From Macrostomum lignano (lineage: Eukaryota), in assembly GCA_002269645.1 (NCBI GenBank), contig NIVC01001319.1, positions 186,001-250,000 of the forward strand: a stretch of 64,000 bases of DNA. The letters run 5' to 3'. Every line of letters begins with the position of its first letter. Within the stretch, counting starts at the first letter, position 1. Made by a program: the position numbers and the translations under genes. Below are positions 33,163 through 45,788 of the stretch, one piece after another. Under the pieces are notes generated by a model. The model made no database searches. It saw only the letters and a list, made by a program, of their open reading frames with translations, and had not been told where the DNA came from.

Positions 33163-33756
33163 ATGGAATCGGAGTTGGAAGACATACCGGATGTCCTAGC
33201 GTGGAAGCTGGTGTTGGCAGGGCGACAAGTGGTAGACCCGGAACGATTGGTGTTGCCAACGTCTGTAGAGTTTGGGGAGCTGCGGAAGAAGCTGAGAGAA
33301 GCTCTGCTAGCTGGCGAAGAGGTGGAGATTTGGCAGGCGATGAGGCGTCTGTGCGAGATGTTCGTAGCGCGAGGGGAAGAGCCCCGAAGATACGTCACGG
33401 CCGCGCTGGTTCAGGTGCTGAAGTTCTTGCGGCGTGATCTGTCGGTAACGTGGTCAAAGGGCCGCGGTCGACGCCGGGGTTGGAAGGTGGAGCGGTTGAG
33501 AAAGGCGGTGAGAGCGGTGAACGCGGTGGTTGAGCAGTACGATCTGCTGCAAGCCGGTCACGTGAGGAGGCTGCTGCGCTGGTGTGCTCGGGTGGTGGCG
33601 TGCGAGTTGCTAGTAGAGTGTGAGTGTGGGTTGTGCTGGGGGTGCGGGCCCCGTCGTGCGGGTCCGGTTGTTCGTTTCCCTGTCCCTCGTGCTGGTGCGT
33701 GTATCCTATTTTCCATATTAGTCGTATGCTGTTGGGTTACCGTACGGGTGGTATGA
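33163..33756 (+). CDS. Hypothetical helical protein with a CxCxxCxxC cluster (outer Maverick cargo)
   Basis: 197-aa ORF with natural composition; ECECGLCWGC near the C-terminus. Confidence 0.45.
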   Translation: MESELEDIPDVLAWKLVLAGRQVVDPERLVLPTSVEFGELRKKLREALLAGEEVEIWQAMRRLCEMFVARGEEPRRYVTAALVQVLKFLRRDLSVTWSKGRGRRRGWKVERLRKAVRAVNAVVEQYDLLQAGHVRRLLRWCARVVACELLVECECGLCWGCGPRRAGPVVRFPVPRAGACILFSILVVCCWVTVRVV

Positions 33757-34515
33757 GGGTTAGGTAGAGAGGCAGCCGGGAGACTGAAGGCGGGAGGTGC
33801 ACGGTTGGCGAGCACTTGGTCGTCCAGTGTGGGTAGCCATGGCGGCGGCCGGGTGAGCAGCAGTGGCGTGCTCCACTCAACTGATGGTCCCAGGCCAAGC
33901 GGGTTCCAGCGGACGCCAAGCGGTCACCGGGCAGAAGCTTTAAATCTGGTGACGCAGACGCCAGCGCCGGAACCCCGTACCCAGGCCAGCTATCGAGAGT
34001 CAACGGCGCAGGGACGAGAAAGGGCAGCCGACTCGGCAAGGATGTGCAGAGGGACAGTGCGGTGGAGAACGGTGACTAGCTCTGATCCTTTATCATTAAA
34101 CCCTTTTGCGTCGTTCATCGTTAAATCATTGGTGTCAGAATTCCATAAATCTTTTTGCGTCACTAGCATTCAAGTTTTTTTGCGTTGTCAACGTTCGAAT
34201 TTTTGCGGTATCACATGGTAGTTCCTTTTGTCATCATTGATTCAACTGTTTGCTTTATTTCGTGTTCCCATCGATTTCATGTACGCGTGTTGTCAGTCAT
34301 GTAGGTCAGGCAGGCGTGGAACCCGTCGCCCAAGTGCGGTGCAGGTTGTGCAGCTGTGGTGTCATTCGTTGTCATTCGTTTCTGCAATCTGCGTTACTGG
34401 CTCGTATCAGCTTCTTCCTTTTGTTGGGAGGCGGGTGTTGTGTTGTGCACTTTTGCGGTGCCTGTGCACCTAGCTCCAGCGGGCTGAGTCACCTGTTGGC
34501 CTATGGGTTTTTTTG

Positions 34516-34905
34516 TTATCCCCCCCTTTTTTCGTTTCCGTTGCCGCTTCCACCGCCGCTTCCACCGCCGCTTCCGCTGTTGAAGCTGTTAAAGCCACCG
34601 CTTTCACTTGCGCTGTCTTCTGAACATCTAGAAGTTAAACTACTATTGCTGCGTCTGTCGAATGCAAGGATCTTGTAGTTGCAGAGATGTGAGACATCGA
34701 TTGAATCTGAATCTTCGGTGGAACTAGAATCTGACAAATCGTCAGCAGATTCTGACAAGCCGTCAACAGATTCTGACAAATCGGCAGCAGATTCTGACAA
34801 AGTTTCAGCTGAATCCGACAAATCTTCCCGAGATTCAAGCTTCAACAAATTCTGAGCCGACTCCGATGCATCTTCGGAAGAATCTGTCAGGTTGACCCAG
34901 TCCAT
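34516..34905 (-). CDS. Ser/Asp-rich low-complexity ORF
   Basis: LSES/LSDS 7-aa repeats and GS tail; ATG start. Confidence 0.35.
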   Translation of the reverse strand: MDWVNLTDSSEDASESAQNLLKLESREDLSDSAETLSESAADLSESVDGLSESADDLSDSSSTEDSDSIDVSHLCNYKILAFDRRSNSSLTSRCSEDSASESGGFNSFNSGSGGGSGGGSGNGNEKRGG

Positions 34906-35499
34906 ATCACCGGTCCTGTCATTCAGTTACTATTAACGACCGTTATTCGGCTGTAAGATGCAGCGTCAAAGTGCGATAAAATTTAGATTCATTATTCAAA
35001 ATTTTATACTGTAAATATTTGCTTTTCCTTACAGTATGCTGACTATACTACATGAAATCAATGTACATATGTAAAATGAAATAAAAAAACACAAGATCTA
35101 ACATGTTCATCCAAAATAAACTACTGAATCATATCAGACTGTAAAACTTTAAACTTATATTTGTCAAACTTTCAAGGTGTTCAGCCACAGAGACAGCAGG
35201 TAAGTTTCAAACACCCGAAATATTAATGCAAAAACTTGTATTCATAGTTGAGTCGACAATTACATGATGGGCTTATTTAATTGTACTTGATACTACTAAA
35301 AGCTATGCTGCCCATAATATTATATCTGGCTTTGATAATCGCTATTAATTAAAACAAAAAACATTTGTCGGCTTATTGTAAATCAAATAAAAGCTTAAGT
35401 ATATTTTAAAGTAAAAAATTAAGGTTTTTTTAAGTAAAATAATTAAGGTAAAACTGACTTTTAAGAGACACCACAATACGTTTTCACATTTAAAGCGTG

Positions 35500-35935
35500 A
35501 CCAATAATTCGCTTACTCAACGAGACACAAAAATAATGCTGTCATTTTCAATTTTTACAATATATCTAGCTCCAATTACTGGTGGCAGCACGAGTTGCAG
35601 CTGGTATCGAGTTACGACATTGTTAGCAGCTTCCAATGCACCGTCTCCCAATACCTCCATCAGGGAATCCAATCCAGCCGGTTCTTCAATAATGTTTGGC
35701 TAGGCCATCTGTTCACCAATGTTGATTCTTGAAAGCTGCTCGACGTTGACACCAGGCAGTGGCTGCCCGTTGACACCATTCAGCGGCTGCTCGTTGGCGT
35801 CAGGCAGCGGCTGATCGTTGACACCATTCAGCGGCTGCTCGGTGACACCATTCAGCGGCTGCTCGTTGCCACCATTCAGCGGCTGCCCGTTGACACCATT
35901 AAACGGCTGCTTGTTGGCGTCAGTGCATTCAATAC
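35500..35935 (-). pseudogene. Degenerate coding segment with 8-aa repeats (QPLNGVNE)
   Basis: 24-bp tandem repeats at about 35745-35925 read in frame into a hydrophobic segment containing one stop. Confidence 0.35.
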
Positions 35936-37914
35936 TGTGACGAAGTTAATTATTAGCTGTTACGAAGTTAATTATTAGCTGTTTATTTAATTAGATTGCA
36001 CATCCACACGAATGGTATGAGACCAAGCCACGCGAAGCGTTACAAAAAAACGAGCGCGCGACAATTCAAATTGGCGGGAAACTCCGGTGCACTTAAACCT
36101 AAGATGCCTAACTAGAAAAACACTAACAATAGCTACGAGTACAGAATAATTAATACAACTTAAAGAGCGAATTTATATATTAAATAATATCGAACCAATA
36201 GTCGCAAAACCTCCAATTTACTTAAATAAAACTGATTTCAAATAGAAACCTCAAAATCAGATAGAACCTAAAAATGAAAGGTGTTAACGACCTCGTGACA
36301 CAACACCGTCACACCCGCTCCTCCACCAAAAAAGAACGCTAAGCATACTACTGAAAGTCACGACAACGTAACACTGATCGGACATCCTTACTCGAAAAAA
36401 CATGTATCAATATGACTTACTTTACTTTACGAATCTGAATCAAACTAGGAGCGACTATTCGAACGACATATATTACATTACCGAAATGAAAAAAAATATT
36501 TGAACGAATTGAGATATTTGAACGAACTATTGAAATGAGCGTTACTTCGAGTCACAACTAAAAAAAACGAATGCAAATGCAAATGGTTGTGATGACGCAA
36601 CCTGCTGGAATAAAACTCAGTCACGACGCAGCTGCAGATGGACACGTGACCACTGCAAACGAGCCGACAGCGCCACCGACCAGGCCAGCGCCAGCACGAG
36701 CCAGACCAGCAGCCACCGCGCCGACGACCGCCGAAGGCCCCGACTATCTCCGCGCAGCGACCAGGCGATTCACGCCGCCCATAGCCGATCCGCAGACGCC
36801 TAACGGCCCGCTCCGAACCATTCAGACCCGCACGAGGCAGCCGAGCGCAACCCTCCGGTTCACACCCCACATACACACGGCAGGCACACACTAGACTACT
36901 CCAGAGCTACTCCACCAGCAACAAATAACAACAAATTGGGTCTAAGTGCTAAGTCAAACACTTTGAGAAACCACACCAGTCCCTTTAGTGTGATTTACTG
37001 TACTTTTTGGTAAAAGAATGGAACCCGACGACTAATTGTAAGTTATCACAAAGGACTCCCAGTTAAGTAAGCGTTGGGTTGATCTCTTCGCTTTTTCAGT
37101 TTATTCGACCTTCATAATTATTGGCTGCTGGTGGTTTTGTCGGCAAGTCACAGTTGGGCTTTGTTTTTACGCGGATTTCCCATTTTTTGTTTGCTAATTA
37201 CTCGTTATGTGCGTATTAATAACGAATAAAGGCTTAAGTTCGTTACAGACTGACGCTATGAGAAGCAGGTGAATATTTGAATATTTTGTAATTACAAAAA
37301 TATATAAACTTATATAACAAAACAGGAATCTAAACATTACTCTAGCAGAACAAGAAGTGCTCACGGAAGCAAACAATCTTTCTCACGAATCGCACATCGT
37401 TTATGAAAACGATAGTTGTGCGTGAGGCATCAGGGCAATATGAGTGTTGCTAATGACACAATTGCCGTCAATTTCACGTAACGCTACAGAGTAGGCATGA
37501 GAGTCAAGTTTATTAGCAAACGCATCACATGTTAGGCGTCTAACATGAGCCAGACGGCAACAGCGCACATTAGAATCTTGCGATACGCCTGCTTGTTCGA
37601 AAGGTGTACCAATCTCTAGTTCTTCCACACAGAGATTTTATAGCATCACTCGAACGTCCTCGTTGGATGCGTTCATATATATGCATATATACATGTGTAT
37701 ATCTATATATAGTGCATATAGTGCATAGTGCATAGTGCATATAGTGCATATTGGTATATATATATGAACCACTAAGGGTCTTTATCTTGTTTATTTCTTC
37801 TCGTATTTTTTATTTATGTATTATTATATGCTATAATACAAGTACGCTCGTACGCTCGTACTATTATATTCACTACCCCCTCCAATCATATCAGAGCAGC
37901 AAGAAGCCCACCCC

Positions 37915-38377
37915 ACAACACAACCCGTTACAAAGTTTATTGCTCATTTATTAACAATGCCAGTGCGCCAGAGGCAGACACCCAAGAAGACCAGAGCCTC
38001 TCTCTTATCTACTTCACTCCACTGACAAATAGTGCGGCAGAGTTGCATAGACATGCTATAGGATAAGCACAGTGGGGACGCCGAGGAGTTGCATAGGCCA
38101 GGCACAAATTGAGGTGGACGTTTCCACGCTATGCCTACCTTGTTTTTAATTTGTTTACTCTGCTATTCCAAAACCTTCCAATTATTTGCTTTGCTACCTG
38201 CCCCACAAAGCGGCAGAGTTGAATAAGCGTTTTACCACCCAGCCAATCGCACACCTACCCCACGCCCCTTATTTCCATTGGCTATCTCAGCTGGCTCTTT
38301 TACGCCCTCCTATCATTTTACATTACTGCCTATCTCCGCAGTACAAGTGCGGCAGAGTTGCATAAACTCATACTACT
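37915..38377 (-). repeat. Right TIR of the outer Maverick
   Basis: Reverse complement of 19129-19590. Confidence 0.9.
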
Positions 38378-38859
38378 TATAAGGAATTATATAGGGGGGT
38401 ATCTAGGTGAAAACATAGCGTGATAATAGTGATAACAGAACATAGTGTTATTCCGTTTAATAGTTTTTTATTTTCTAAGATATTAGAAGCGTGTTTTTCT
38501 ACCCCAAAGGGGGAATTGATATGCTAGTCTAATATACTAAAAATCAAAACTATGTACCTACCTACCTACCTACCAACCTATCTATATATCTACAAGCTGT
38601 TGGAAACCCGCAGATTTTGAACCCAGGGAACTCCAATCCCTAGAAATATTTTTGCATGTATTCTAAAATCTGAAGTCATACTTAAACAAAAACTTTTTAA
38701 TAGTTAGGAATTTAGGATAGAGTTAAACATAAAATAGAGTACATTCATGTAAAATTAGTATTTGAAGCAAACATTAATATTGTTCGTTGGGGTGCTGCGC
38801 AGAATGTCAGACAAACTCATGGCCTCTGCCTCTCCTTGTGTCCCTTAGAAGTTGGATCC

Positions 38860-40310
38860 TTAGAAACTTCTATCTCTACCTTCTCTTCTGTTTTCTCTCT
38901 TCTCACTGGTCTGTGGTCTCTTCTCTTTCTCCTCTATCCCCTCTTCTCTCGTCTATTCCCTCTTATTCTTTTCTCTCCTCTCCTCTCCTCTCTTGTCTCT
39001 GCTCTCCTTTCTCCTGTTTTATCTCTTCCCATTTCTTTCTGCTCTCTATTCTATCTTCTCTCTTCTCTCTGCTCTCTACTCTATCTTCTCTCTGCTCTCT
39101 ACTGTCTTCTCTCTGCTCTCTACTCTATCTTCTTTCTGCTCTCTACTCTATCTTCTTTCTGCTCTCTACTCTCTCTTCTCTCTCCTCTCTACTCTATCTT
39201 CTCTCTGCTCTCTACTCTCTCTTCCCTCTCCCCTCTTCTCACTTCTTACTCTACCCTCTCCGAACACTTCTCCTCTCTCCTTTCTCCTCTCCTCCCTCCT
39301 CTGTACTCTGTACTCTCTCGTCTTTCTCCTCTCCTCTCTTCTCTCTCATCTCTTCTATCGTCTCTTCCCTCACCTCTCCTCTCTCGTCTTTGCTCTCTTA
39401 TCTATCTCTCCTTTCTCTTCTTTTATCTTTTCTCTCTTATCTCTTCTCATCTCTGTCTGCATGCTCTCTACCTCTATCTCTCCCTCTCTCTCCTCTCCCC
39501 TCTCTCGTCTCTCTCTCATATTTTCCCCTGTTTCCCCTGTCCTCTCGATTCTCTTCCCTCCCCTCCTCTCTCCTCACTCACTTCTCTCTCTCCCTTTGTC
39601 TCACCTTTCATCTCTCATCTCTTTTTTCTTATCTATCCTCTATTCTCTCTACTCTCCCATCTCTCGTGTGTTCACTCTCGTCTTTGCTCTCTCAGTCTCA
39701 TCTTCCCTCTCTCATCTGTCATTTTTACTCTCGTATACTCGTATGTTCTCACCTCTCTCCTCTGTACTCTTCTCTTTCCCCTCATCTGACTCCTCTCTCC
39801 GCTCTCCTCTCTCCTCTCAGATATCGTGTTCACTCTCATCCCCTCTCTTTTCTGTCATCTGTACTCTCCAATCTTCAGTGTACTCTTCTCTTTACCCTCT
39901 TCTGATTCCTCTCTTTCCTTACTCCTCTTCTCTTCTCTCTTCTATACTCCCTCCCCTCTATTCTCTTCTCTCGCCTTTATGCACTCTGCTCTCTCCTTCA
40001 TCTCTCATCTCTACTCTCTTCTCACTCTTTTCTACTCTCCTCTGTCATCGATCCTGTCTCATCTCTCCCATCTTCTCTCTCCCTCTTCTCACTTCTACTC
40101 TTTCTTCTCCCTTCTCTCCCCTCCTCTCGCTTCTTACTCCAATATTATCTGCTCACTCCTTATGCTTACCCCATCGTCTCTCTTCTTAACTTCTATCTTT
40201 TCTCTTATCCTCCCCTCGCTTCTTCTCTCTTCTTATAGTCTATTCCTTCTCCTTTTCACTCTCATCTCATTAGCAATGAGCTTGATTCTTTATCTGGCAT
40301 TTGAGGTTTA
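38860..40310. repeat. Pyrimidine-rich (CT) low-complexity tract
   Basis: Almost entirely C/T on the plus strand; overlapping L/S-rich ORFs are artefacts. Confidence 0.92.
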
Positions 40311-43300
40311 AGTCTGCCAATCCCCGCTTCGAAAGCGTTTGTGGGACGTAGTACTCTCATGGTTGTTATTGATGTAACCACGCTCTGGTCGCGGGATAGG
40401 GCAGGGGAACTTTTTCGAAAGTGTCTCCTATCGCCGTTCACCCCCTATACAGAGCTGTTGAGACTCGGCCAGGTCTTCGACCAGGCCTGGAGACTCCCGC
40501 TCTGCTGCACCCCCTGCTGCCTTGGCTCCGTCTCCCCTGCCGCCACACTTGCCTTTCCGGAGCTCCCCCTCCCTCTTTGTACCTCCCCCTCTACCTTATC
40601 TCCCCTGCGCGCCTCCCTATTCTCTATGCACTCTTCCTGTCTCCCCTCTTTTTGCCCCTTTTCGCCCTATTTTCCTGCGCTGTCCTCCCTTTCTCTGCGT
40701 CTACTTACAGTATTTTGTGCACTCACCGTCACCCCATCCCTTCTCAAACTCCCAAACGGTGACGCAGTCGTGTGACCCCTTCTTCCCCTCGATGACTCAT
40801 CCCCCTCTCTTGCGCAACCTTTTCTCACGCCATTGTTCTCCTCCCCAAATTTCTCATGCGACACCCACCTCACCTCCGCTTCTATTGTTCTCGTTTTTGA
40901 TTCTTTTGTTCTCTTTACCCCCACAATTATCACATTTTCTCCGATTTTCTCTTTCTATTGTTCTCATTTTCGCACCTAATTATCACCTTTTCTCCAATGT
41001 TTGCTTTTCTATTGTTCTCGATTCTCCCCAATTATGCCCGATTTCCAATTCCTTTGTTCTCGACCCCAGCCCCATTGTTCTCAGTGTTTGCTTGCGCCAC
41101 ACTTTCTCGACCTCCCGCTGCGCCAATTATCCCCCCCACCCCACCTCCGGATTTCGCAATTCTCCCATTTCTCATGTTGCTATGCTGGTCTCATGCTTCT
41201 CATCATGACTCATTCTGACGTCATTCTGCCGGCAGCTAATCAGAGAGAGGGAGTCATGGAAACGACCTTGGAGCGGCGGCTGGGATGGCTATATAAGGAA
41301 GCGATTTTCGGCATGAGAATCCTCAACTCTTCGTTCCGGTCTCCTCAGACTGTGCGTCTCCTCGTCTTTCTTTGGACTTGCCGTCAGACGTACCTCTGAC
41401 CTATTCGTCTGTAGGACGAACCTCTGCCGGTCCGCGGTCTGATACCGCCCAGTTACCTTAGCTCCCAAGTAAGCTCGTCTATCGGCCAGCGGTCTGGTAC
41501 CGCCCAGCATCATCAGCATCGCCTGATCTACATCAGCGCCTCGTCGCTTCAGCGCATCGCCGCTTCACTGTCTGCCTGACTGCAGCCTACAGCCGCCCTC
41601 GGTCACTCCGCCGCTCTCTCTCTCTGTGCAGCTGCCGGTAAGTTCCTATTACTAATTTGTGCTCCAATCGCCTTTACTTATCCGGGGTTTGCCTATTTGC
41701 CATTGCTTAATTAGAGAGCTGAGCCAATTGTGATACCGTAACTTTTGCTGTATTTTACTCAATAGTGAAGCCGCCTAATTGCCTGACTATTTGCCTTAGG
41801 GCCTAATTATTAACTATTAACTAACCTCATCATTATTCACTCTTTCACCATCATTTCACTCATCAGAAACGTGTCCTTGGGGTTGTGGGTTTCGCGGAGC
41901 TCACTGGGAACTAGTCGATAGTAGAAAATAATCAATGATTTGAAATAGTGTACTCTCCAATCTTCAGTGTACTCTTCTCTTTACCCTCTTCTGATTCCTC
42001 TCTTTCCTTACTCCTCTTCTCTTCTCTCTTCTATACTCCCTCCCCTCTATTCTCTTCTCTCGCCTTTATGCACTCTGCTCTCTCCTTCATCTCTCATCTC
42101 TACTCTCTTCTCACTCTTTTCTACTCTCCTCTGTCATCGATCCTGTCTCATCTCTCCCATCTTCTCTCTCCCTCTTCTCACTTCTACTCTTTCTTCTCCC
42201 TTCTCTCCCCTCCTCTCGCTTCTTACTCCAATATTATCTGCTCACTCCTTATGCTTACCCCATCGTCTCTCTTCTTAACTTCTATCTTTTCTCTTATCCT
42301 CCCCTCGCTTCTTCTCTCTTCTTATAGTCTATTCCTTCTCCTTTTCACTCTCATCTCATTAGCAATGAGCTTGATTCTTTATCTGGCATTTGAGGTTTAA
42401 GTCTGCCAATCCCCGCTTCGAAAGCGTTTGTGGGACGTAGTACTCTCATGGTTGTTATTGATGTAACCACGCTCTGGTCGCGGGATAGGGCAGGGGAACT
42501 TTTTCGAAAGTGTCTCCTATCGCCGTTCACCCCCTATACAGAGCTGTTGAGACTCGGCCAGGTCTTCGACCAGGCCTGGAGACTCCCGCTCTGCTGCACC
42601 CCCTGCTGCCTTGGCTCCGTCTCCCCTGCCGCCACACTTGCCTTTCCGGAGCTCCCCTCCCTCTTTGTACCTCCCCCTCTACCTTATCTCCCCTGCGCGC
42701 CTCCCTATTCTCTATGCACTCTTCCTGTCTCCCCTCTTTTTGCCCCTTTTCGCCCTATTTTCCTGCGCTGTCCTCCCTTTCTCTGCGTCTACTTACAGTA
42801 TTTTGTGCACTCACCGTCACCCCATCCCTTCTCAAACTCCCAAACGGTGACGCAGTCGTGTGACCCCTTCTTCCCCTCGATGACTCATCCCCCTCTCTTG
42901 CGCAACCTTTTCTCACGCCATTGTTCTCCTCCCCAAATTTCTCATGCGACACCCACCTCACCTCCGCTTCTATTGTTCTCGTTTTTGATTCTTTTGTTCT
43001 CTTTACCCCCACAATTATCACATTTTCTCCGATTTTCTCTTTCTATTGTTCTCATTTTCGCACCTAATTATCACCTTTTCTCCAATGTTTGCTTTTCTAT
43101 TGTTCTCGATTCTCCCCAATTATGCCCGATTTCCAATTCCTTTGTTCTCGACCCCAGCCCCATTGTTCTCAGTGTTTGCTTGCGCCACACTTTCTCGACC
43201 TCCCGCTGCGCCAATTATCCCCCCCACCCCACCTCCGGATTTCGCAATTCTCCCATTTCTCATGTTGCTATGCTGGTCTCATGCTTCTCATCATGACTCA

Positions 43301-43951
43301 TTCTGACGTCATTCTGCCGGCAGCTAATCAGAGAGAGGGAGTCATGGAAACGACCTTGGAGCGGCGGCTGGGATGGCTATATAAGGAAGCGATTTTCGGC
43401 ATGAGAATCCTCAACTCTTCGTTCCGGTCTCCTCAGACTGTGCGTCTCCTCGTCTTTCTTTGGACTTGCCGTCAGACGTACCTCTGACCTATTCGTCTGT
43501 AGGACGAACCTCTGCCGGTCCGCGGTCTGATACCGCCCAGTTACCTTAGCTCCCAAGTAAGCTCGTCTATCGGCCAGCGGTCTGGTACCGCCCAGCATCA
43601 TCAGCATCGCCTGATCTACATCAGCGCCTCGTCGCTTCAGCGCATCGCCGCTTCACTGTCTGCCTGACTGCAGCCTACAGCCGCCCTCGGTCACTCCGCC
43701 GCTCTCTCTCTCTGTGCAGCTGCCGGTAAGTTCCTATTACTAATTTGTGCTCCAATCGCCTTTACTTATCCGGGGTTTGCCTATTTGCCATTGCTTAATT
43801 AGAGAGCTGAGCCAATTGTGATACCGTAACTTTTGCTGTATTTTACTCAATAGTGAAGCCGCCTAATTGCCTGACTATTTGCCTTAGGGCCTAATTATTA
43901 ACTATTAACTAACCTCATCATTATTCACTCTTTCACCATCATTTCACTCAT
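39860..43951. repeat. Near-identical tandem duplication, 2,089-bp period
   Basis: 39860-41862 is repeated at 41949-43951, separated by about 86 bp of unrelated filler. Confidence 0.9.
40373..41862 (+). mobile_element. Truncated duplicate of LTR-like element L
   Basis: Starts TGTAACCACG; matches the copy starting at 42462. Confidence 0.75.
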
Positions 43952-44667
43952 GGCTTGCTAAGCCTTTCTCCCGGGGTGGCTAAGCATAAGGAAGTTTGGG
44001 TAAGCTAATGGCCTCTCCCATGCAAAGCCCGCCTGTGAGTGCGTGCTGCGGTGCCGTGTGTGCGTGCAGTAGAGGGATTAGCGAGTCTTGGCACAGAATG
44101 GCAGTAGGAAGGTTGCAACCCGATGCTGACGCGTCCCTTCGCCCTGAGCAATCTAAACTGTAGACAGTACATGTTCCCCTCATACTACTCTTAGTAATCA
44201 AAGTCGCAAGTCAGCCTCGCTCACAGCCACAAAGGATCCCCTGCTGAGAAATCCTCCAGATTGAGCCCAGAGTTCCCGATCATGCCCCAAGCAGAGTCCC
44301 TGTACTCGGCTGCATGTGTCTCCCCTGTTAGCCTAAATCTCCTGGTAACCATCCCAGGCGGGGCTCTAGCCTCGAGAGGTCTGGTAGAAAGATCCAGGTG
44401 CGCCAGGTCACATAGAGTGGTGGCAGCCACTCGGTCATACTATGACTGAGTGACCAACTATTGCACCTTGGCTGCAGGTGGGGTCCATGTGTGTCCTTGG
44501 CCCTCTGGTCACGAAGCGCTACCAAAGCTATCAATCATGTGGGCGGGACAGTCTGGTGCTGGAGGTCCGTCAGGTCATTGCCCGGTCATAGGCAGCCTAC
44601 GGTCATTGCCCCCTCTAGTCATGCGTTCGTCTCTCAACGGAGCGGACAGGCGACAAGGGTGGTTACA
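42462..44667 (+). mobile_element. LTR-like element L (2,206 bp), probable long solo LTR
   Basis: TGTAACC...GGTTACA inverted termini, ctatataag TATA at about 43378, no coding capacity; no TSD found. Confidence 0.6.
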
Positions 44668-45239
44668 CCAGTCTGTTCAGGAAAAAGATTTTTGAAGTGA
44701 GAGAAGAAGTTCGATTTCTCACTTTTCAATTCACTACTAATACACTGCATTTTTACTAAATAATATTGACAGAGGTCAAATTAAGAATCAGAATGAAATT
44801 AAACTTAGATGGGTTGTATAGTCGTGCGTGTGAATGTGACTCACGCCACACTATCAGTGCACGCGCCCTCGCAAGATCGATTGTGATTGGCTGGACGATT
44901 GTTTGATTTCTGTCTTACCCCAAACCAGCCTGAGCCATGCTGGTGGTCGCTGATCGTGGCAAAGCGATCTGCGATCTTTATGTTGGTTTGGTAATACCTA
45001 ACTTTGAGAATTTTACAATTGCGTCCCAGTTTAATACTAATAGAGGGCTGGTATATTGATTACCAGACTTCTCACCCTGTAAGTCCCTTGCGTTGCACTT
45101 TTTCAATCTCGCCATGAATAAAAGCTAATATAAATATGGAGTGCCAAGTGCGAGACAGAAGTAAGTCCATTTTATTGAATAGAAGTTATCTACTTTACCT
45201 CGACTATTTTTCTATTAACTTGAATTTAAAGATTTGAGG

Positions 45240-45788
45240 ATGTCTCAACCAGCAAAAAAGCCCGATAGCTACATCGACATGTGGACTCTCGAAGCAAGAG
45301 CTATTGAGCAGCACATGAATGGCTTTCTCAGCCGAATGAAGTCACGAGTACTCGAACCGCTTGAACGAGTCGGACAGTAGGAAGCGGACCAGAAGCAGGC
45401 GCTGACTAGCCTTATTGCAGAGCAGCGCATTGAAATAGCCAAGCTGAGAGCTGACAACCAGCGACTTTAAGAGCAACTTCAGCGAGTCACAGCTAATCGA
45501 GACGCACTGGAAGAGCATCTCGGTGTGCAGATTGCTGCCGAAGAGCTTGACGAAGGAGCTAACGCACCTGGCCAGATGAAGCGACTGCATCCATCCGCGG
45601 CTAACTCGGCTGGTCCCAGTAAAGGTCGAGAACCAAATGCGGAGGACAGCGAAGACGCCGCTGATGACCATGGGACAGAAGAGATCGCCGATGATGCTGA
45701 TGCTCCTAGCCGTAAGAGGCAGGGACAACAAAGCGCTAGCCCAGCTGGTTCCAGCAGAAGCGAAGACCCCAGTGCAGAGAACAGCTAA
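45240..45788 (+). pseudogene. Coiled-coil/acidic ORF with two in-frame stops
   Basis: ATG 45240 shares a frame with the track ORF at 45525; MSQPAKKP...EIAKLRADNQRL*EQLQRV...; TATA-like tataaat at about 45129. Confidence 0.4.

Larger units (their letters stand above)
19129..38377. mobile_element. Outer non-autonomous Maverick/Polinton-like element (19,249 bp)
   Basis: Termini AGTAGTATG...CATACTACT, ~460-bp TIRs, perfect 6-bp TSD TATAAG (19123-19128 and 38378-38383). Confidence 0.88.

Noticed and set aside
36571-36894. Pro/Ala/Thr-rich ORF resembling a retroelement integrase tail
   Set aside because: No catalytic or other domain upstream; composition alone is insufficient
38787-43487. Long L/S/F-rich ORFs (up to 398 aa) resembling membrane proteins
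   Set aside because: They are open in all three frames of a CT low-complexity tract or LTR, which lacks stop codons by composition
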